This document shows positions 57,011 through 61,320 of a stretch of 61,320 nucleotides of DNA, piece by piece. The position numbers and the translations under genes are program-made. Source of the stretch: an uncultured Rikenellaceae bacterium (GTDB lineage Bacteria > Bacteroidota > Bacteroidia > Bacteroidales > VadinHA17); the NCBI GenBank assembly GCA_964410385.1, contig CAYPHL010000008.1, positions 1 through 61,320 on the forward strand, in the 5' to 3' direction. Within the stretch, counting starts at the first letter, position 1, and each line of letters begins with the position of its first letter. Below the pieces are notes generated by a model that was not told where the DNA came from, did no database searches, and saw only the letters and a list, made by a program, of their open reading frames with translations.

Positions 57011-57047
57011 AGCTGTAAATTTATTTGTTTTTTAATTAACCAGTTTG

Positions 57048-57404
57048 TTATCTCCTTTTTAAGAAGGAAGAGATTATGAATGAAATTCCGATCAGTATCA
57101 CTACTCCCGGCCAGTAAAAAGTTCTTACAACCTCAGGCATTTCCCCGAAGTGATTATCATACATGAACCATATCCCTCCTGCTATCAAAAGCACACCCGG
57201 GATAAAGCTGAGGTTCAGGATCAGGATCACTCCGACAAAGACCATTGCTGTTTCCCAGGTAAAGTAATCCTTAACGCTTCCCAGGTGAAGCATGTCGTTT
57301 GTCGCTACAAGGAGGGCAAGCCCGAGTGCTATGAGAAAGAGTCCGAAACCCACTCTGGGATGATGCTCCCTGTGTCTCTCAATATGACTGTCACGCTGTT
57401 TCAT
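57048..57404 (-). CDS. DUF5668/LiaI-LiaF-like small membrane protein
   Basis: GLFLIALGL.LL, FTW, YWP.VVILIG; four TMs. Confidence 0.7.
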   Translation of the reverse strand: MKQRDSHIERHREHHPRVGFGLFLIALGLALLVATNDMLHLGSVKDYFTWETAMVFVGVILILNLSFIPGVLLIAGGIWFMYDNHFGEMPEVVRTFYWPGVVILIGISFIISSFLKRR

Positions 57405-57555
57405 GTCTTTAATATTTAATGGATCAAAAATAATTCACACAAATAATGACGGGAAATTAAAATCGGTGAATTGCGGTTTTTTGGCGGTATATGGCATCTT
57501 TTGCTGGAAAGTGTTACTTTTTTGTTCATAATTTTTTTAATTGAATAAGCTTTCA

Positions 57556-57563
57556 TATTTTTG
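57556..57563 (+). promoter_or_regulatory. sigma-A -7 box (TATTTTTG) for yceD-rpmF-plsX-fabH
   Basis: TAnnTTTG followed by CA, 19 nt before ATG 57583. Confidence 0.6.
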
Positions 57564-57582
57564 CAGACCAAAATTTGTTGAG

Positions 57583-58101
57583 ATGTCGGGTTCATATACA
57601 ATACCGATAAGCGGGTTGAAGGAAGGCTGCCACAGTCATAATTTTGAATTAGGTAAGAAGTTTTTTGGCCTGTTTGAGGAATCTGAAATAAGTGAAGGGG
57701 AGCTTAAAGTTTCTGTGGAAGCTGACCGGCGTGTATCACATATTGATATTATGATCAGGATCAAAGGGACTGTAATGGTTTCCTGCGACAGGTGCCTCGG
57801 AGTTTTTTCCCTGCCTGTAAACTCTGAGAACAGACTTCTGGTCAAATTTGATAAATCGCATGATGAAAGCGACCCGGATATTATATCACTGTCAGCAGAT
57901 GAGACAGAGCTGGATCTCACCTGGTATTTATATGAATACATACAGCTGGCCCTGCCCATTCAGCGAATTCATCCGGAAGATGAAAAAGGGAACAGCACAT
58001 GCGATCCTGAAATGATCAGCAAGCTTAATGAACATATTATTAAAGAAGATATTGGCACAGACCCACGCTGGGACGAATTAAAAAGAATTATGAACAATTA
58101 A
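57583..58101 (+). CDS. yceD: DUF177 / YceD large-subunit biogenesis protein
   Basis: CDRCL, LALP...HP, DPRW..LK; directly upstream of rpmF. Confidence 0.9.
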   Translation: MSGSYTIPISGLKEGCHSHNFELGKKFFGLFEESEISEGELKVSVEADRRVSHIDIMIRIKGTVMVSCDRCLGVFSLPVNSENRLLVKFDKSHDESDPDIISLSADETELDLTWYLYEYIQLALPIQRIHPEDEKGNSTCDPEMISKLNEHIIKEDIGTDPRWDELKRIMNN

Positions 58102-58112
58102 AACTGAAAGAA

Positions 58113-58298
58113 ATGCCAAATCCAAAACGGAAACACTCGAAAACAAGAAGAGACAAACGCAGGACTCACTATAAAGCAACTGCACCAACAGTTGGAACAT
58201 GTTCGAACTGCGGATCTTCGGTACAGTATCACAGGGTATGTCCTGAGTGCGGCTTTTACAGAGGCAAGCTTGTCATCGAGAAGAAGACAGCTGAGTGA
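58113..58298 (+). CDS. rpmF: 50S ribosomal protein L32 (four-Cys zinc-ribbon form)
   Basis: MPNPKRKHSKTRRDKRR, CSNC, HRVCPECGFY. Confidence 0.97.
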   Translation: MPNPKRKHSKTRRDKRRTHYKATAPTVGTCSNCGSSVQYHRVCPECGFYRGKLVIEKKTAE

Positions 58299-58323
58299 CC
58301 CCGGTTAACAAACCGATGATTCG

Positions 58324-59262
58324 ATGAAAATAGGCCTGGATATAATGGGTGGAGATTTTGCACCCGATGCAGTTGTTGAGGGTGCAGTTGATTCACTCAG
58401 CCATTTATCTGATAATGATAAACTGGTTCTCATTGGAGATCAGGACTCAATTCTTTTCAAGCTGAAAGAATTATCCTGTGATCCGTCACGGTTCGAGATT
58501 GTTCATACTACACAGGTAATAGGAATGGGCGATACACCATCAAAGGCCTATTCCCAGAAACCCGATTCAAGTATAGCAGTCGGATACAGACTTTTAAAGC
58601 AAAACAGGATAGACGGGTTTTGCAGTGCAGGAAATACCGGTGCAATGCTTGTTGGCGCCAGCTATACGGTTAATGTGATCCCGGGAGTCTTCCGTCCCGC
58701 CCTTGCTACCGTTATGCCTGTTATGAATAACCGCCATGCCGTCATTCTGGATGTTGGACTTAATCCCGATACTAAACCTGACGTTCTGCTTCAGTATGGT
58801 ATGCTTGGGACCCTGTTTGCAAAATATGTCCTCGAAATTGATAATCCTACTGTCCGGCTTCTTAATATAGGTGAGGAGGAATCAAAAGGCACTCCGGCGG
58901 TGAAAGCTGCCTATGAACTTATGAAGGAACATACAGAAATAAATTTCCTCGGGAATATCGAAGCAAATGACATGTTTGGCGAAAAATCACCGGATGTGAT
59001 AGTTTGCGACGGCTTCGTGGGAAATGTTGTCCTGAAGCAGACAGAAGCTTTTTATCAGATATATAAATCCCGGAATCTCTCGGATTCCTATTTTGAAAGG
59101 CTTAATTTCGAGAATATCGGAGGTACTCCTATTGTTGGGATAAATGCCAATGTTGTTATTGGTCATGGGATATCCAGGCGCAAGGCAATAATGAATATGA
59201 TACTCCAGACCCTGGCAGTAGTCCATGTCGACCTTGCCCAGAAGATCAAAGAAGCAATCTGA
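58324..59262 (+). CDS. plsX: phosphate acyltransferase
   Basis: [49 protein letters not shown]. Confidence 0.95.
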   Translation: MKIGLDIMGGDFAPDAVVEGAVDSLSHLSDNDKLVLIGDQDSILFKLKELSCDPSRFEIVHTTQVIGMGDTPSKAYSQKPDSSIAVGYRLLKQNRIDGFCSAGNTGAMLVGASYTVNVIPGVFRPALATVMPVMNNRHAVILDVGLNPDTKPDVLLQYGMLGTLFAKYVLEIDNPTVRLLNIGEEESKGTPAVKAAYELMKEHTEINFLGNIEANDMFGEKSPDVIVCDGFVGNVVLKQTEAFYQIYKSRNLSDSYFERLNFENIGGTPIVGINANVVIGHGISRRKAIMNMILQTLAVVHVDLAQKIKEAI

Positions 59263-59264
59263 TA

Positions 59265-60263
59265 ATGGAAAAAATTCGTGCAGCCATAACAGGGATTCAT
59301 GCATGGGTTCCGGATTACAGGCTCACAAATTCCGAGCTTTCCCGATTGGTTGACACTTCCGACGAGTGGATAATGCAACGTGTCGGAATAAAGGAAAGAA
59401 GGATACTTAAGGGAGAGGGCATGGGAACTTCTTATCTCGGGGAAATGGCTGTCTTAGGTCTTCTCGAAAAAACCGGCACTTCACCCGACGATGTCGACCT
59501 CCTGATCTGCGCCACCATCACTCCCGATATGCAATTCCCGGCCACAGCAAATATAATTTCGGAAAAAGCGGGAATAAAGAATGCCTTCAGTTTCGACCTG
59601 GCAGCTGCATGCTCCGGTTTCCTTTTCGCTTTACAGACGGGAGCTTCATATGTTGAGACAGGTAAGTATAAAAAGGTTATTATAGTTGGCGCCGACAAAA
59701 TGTCGTCTATAACGGATTATACTGACCGGACAACTTGCCCTCTTTTCGGCGATGCAGCCGGTGCTGTTCTCCTTGAACCCACAACAGAGGATTATGGAAT
59801 ACTGGATCATATTTTTCACGTCGACGGTTCAGGTCAGAAATATCTTCATCTCAAGGCCGGGGGATCAGTGAAGCCGGCTTCTGTTGAGACTCTTGAGGCC
59901 AGGGAACATTTTATATACCAGGAAGGACAGGCAGTGTTCAAGTTTGCAGTATCGAAAATGGCCGATGTGGCAGCTGAGATAATGCAGAAGAACAACCTTA
60001 AGCCCGATGATATCGCCTTTCTTGTGCCACATCAGGCCAACCTCAGAATAATTGATGCAACAGGCCGAAGGATGGGACTTCCTCCGGAAAAGGTAATGAT
60101 CAATATAGAGAATTACGGTAATACAACCGCAGCCACAATCCCTCTGTGTTTATGGGAATATGAAAACCGGCTTAAAAAGGGCGATGTACTCATTCTGGCA
60201 GCATTCGGCGGTGGATTTACATGGGGCTCCGTCTATTTAAAATGGGCCTACGATCCGGAATAA
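59265..60263 (+). CDS. fabH: beta-ketoacyl-ACP synthase III
   Basis: AAACSGF (Cys), PHQAN (His), YGNT (Asn), FGGGFTWG. Confidence 0.97.
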   Translation: MEKIRAAITGIHAWVPDYRLTNSELSRLVDTSDEWIMQRVGIKERRILKGEGMGTSYLGEMAVLGLLEKTGTSPDDVDLLICATITPDMQFPATANIISEKAGIKNAFSFDLAAACSGFLFALQTGASYVETGKYKKVIIVGADKMSSITDYTDRTTCPLFGDAAGAVLLEPTTEDYGILDHIFHVDGSGQKYLHLKAGGSVKPASVETLEAREHFIYQEGQAVFKFAVSKMADVAAEIMQKNNLKPDDIAFLVPHQANLRIIDATGRRMGLPPEKVMINIENYGNTTAATIPLCLWEYENRLKKGDVLILAAFGGGFTWGSVYLKWAYDPE

Positions 60264-60290
60264 GGATTATGTAATCTACGCAATAGTTTA

Positions 60291-60298
60291 TATATTTG
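60291..60298 (+). promoter_or_regulatory. sigma-A -7 box (TATATTTG) for bactofilin-atp locus
   Basis: Exact TAnnTTTG 37 nt upstream of ATG. Confidence 0.55.
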
Positions 60299-60335
60299 CG
60301 AGTTATTAAGTTTATATCTTAAAGCTCTAACTACT

Positions 60336-60731
60336 ATGGCAAAATACAATGAGGCTGAAGCGGCAGCAATTAACCTTGTAAGCAGCGGTACTGATATTAC
60401 GGGAGATGTTAAATCCAGCGGGGATCTGCGTATTGATGGCACTCTTAACGGTAATCTGAATACAAAGGGGAAGGTTGTTATAGGCCCGACCGGAAGAGTT
60501 AACGGGGAAGTTATCTGCAAGAATTCGGAAGTATCAGGTACGGTAGAGGGAAAGATCACAGTGCATCAGCTGCTTATACTGAAAGTCTCTTCAAAGATCT
60601 TTGGCGATATTGTTACCTCAAAATTATCAATTGAACCCGGAGCAATCTTCTCCGGAAACTGCAAAATGAGCGACAACGACAGCAATGGAGGAGCAGGAAA
60701 AGGAAAAGAATCAGAAAAAAGCTCAAAATAA
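60336..60731 (+). CDS. bactofilin (polymer-forming cytoskeletal protein)
   Basis: GT.ITGD...GDLRIDG...G......VIG.TG.V.G...I.G.I...L.IEPGA.FSG.C.M beta-helix. Confidence 0.92.
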   Translation: MAKYNEAEAAAINLVSSGTDITGDVKSSGDLRIDGTLNGNLNTKGKVVIGPTGRVNGEVICKNSEVSGTVEGKITVHQLLILKVSSKIFGDIVTSKLSIEPGAIFSGNCKMSDNDSNGGAGKGKESEKSSK

Positions 60732-60921
60732 AGGGTTAAGCGATTATGCCAGATATACGGGCCTGGCTGTCCAGATGGCAGTCATAATTGGCCTCACCAC
60801 CTGGGGAGGCATCAAACTCGACCAGCTGGCAGGATTCTCCGGACCAGTCTTTACAATAATTCTTTCTTTACTTGGTGTCTTTGCTGCTATATATGCGGCA
60901 ATCAAAGATTTCATTAAGTGA
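60685..60921 (+). CDS. AtpZ/AtpI-family protein
   Basis: YARYTGLAVQM...WGG.KLD...P.FTI..SLLGV; overlaps the bactofilin end by 47 nt. Confidence 0.8.
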   Translation: MEEQEKEKNQKKAQNKGLSDYARYTGLAVQMAVIIGLTTWGGIKLDQLAGFSGPVFTIILSLLGVFAAIYAAIKDFIK

Positions 60922-61316
60922 TCCTTCCCTTGAAACCTCTTCTTAAAAATATCTTTTGGATAATTATTATCGAAACACTGATTCTTGCCGGAGGGCTTGT
61001 TTTACTGGCACGGTCTGATCCCGGGTTTGAATTTGCGGGAATAGTTGCCCTTTCAATGTCTTTTGCCCTGCTGTCGCTTCTTACATTAATAATATTTTTC
61101 CTCGGACAGAAAAAGGGACCTGAAGCACGGACAATGTACATACTTGTAGCTTTAGGAATCAAGTTCATTCTCGAAATGGTGATTGCTCTGCTCTGGTTTT
61201 TTGTTGCTAAAAAAACTGGATTAACATCAGTAATATTGTTTTTTGTACTATATTTAGCCTTCACTCTGTTTTCGGTATTGGTTGTGTTGAAAACACTGAA
61301 ATACAAACCTTTATAA
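60918..61316 (+). CDS. four-TM membrane protein, probable ATP synthase protein I-like
   Basis: GTGA overlap with the previous stop; four hydrophobic helices, GIKFIL motif. Context suggests atpB follows outside the window. Confidence 0.55.
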   Translation: MILPLKPLLKNIFWIIIIETLILAGGLVLLARSDPGFEFAGIVALSMSFALLSLLTLIIFFLGQKKGPEARTMYILVALGIKFILEMVIALLWFFVAKKTGLTSVILFFVLYLAFTLFSVLVVLKTLKYKPL

Positions 61317-61320
61317 GAGA

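Noticed and set aside
607-61306. The many short ORFs in the track that lie antisense to or out of frame within longer genes (e.g. 12986-13396, 19536-20018, 27320-27832, 34295-34756, 60914-61306)
   Set aside because: No recognisable motifs; each is fully overlapped by a well-supported gene, so they are best read as shadow ORFs.
1-61320. Mobile elements, prophage, tRNA/rRNA or a defence island
   Set aside because: No transposase, integrase, phage, cas or restriction genes and no tRNA or rRNA sequence recognised; intergenic gaps are too short for rRNA.

Overview
A gene-dense chromosomal window from a Bacteroidota genome, most likely an anaerobic Bacteroidales lineage. That assignment is inferred from about 15 TAnnTTTG -7 promoter boxes, the DUF4271-hemD-rnpA-S41 cluster and the bactofilin-AtpZ/I linkage. 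It holds about 52 CDS, mostly housekeeping (two phosphofructokinases, polA, queD, deoC, dtd, lspA, rnpA, rsgA, mnmH, yceD-rpmF-plsX-fabH, start of the atp locus), plus envelope and regulatory loci. I recognised no tRNA, rRNA, CRISPR array, transposase or phage gene. Best candidate for an undescribed system: a Crp/Fnr - secreted M14 carboxypeptidase - TldD - PmbA cluster in which TldD carries a twin-arginine lipoprotein signal while PmbA has no signal, implying an envelope-located TldDE protease. Other notable items: (i) a perfect 54-bp nested palindrome upstream of that cluster; (ii) a TetR/LolA-like/two FtsX-like permease/ABC/OM-barrel operon whose permeases carry the same ~60-aa module at different sites; (iii) an LmtA-like lipid A methyltransferase; (iv) a hybrid histidine pseudokinase; (v) a cytoplasmic GH16-like protein lacking catalytic glutamates and carrying four N-terminal repeats; (vi) a three-site ECF promoter motif; (vii) a PQ-coding hexamer repeat shared by polA and the M14 gene; (viii) a REP-like doublet. 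All family calls come from motif recognition by eye; no database search was run. Several starts were shortened relative to the ORF track.
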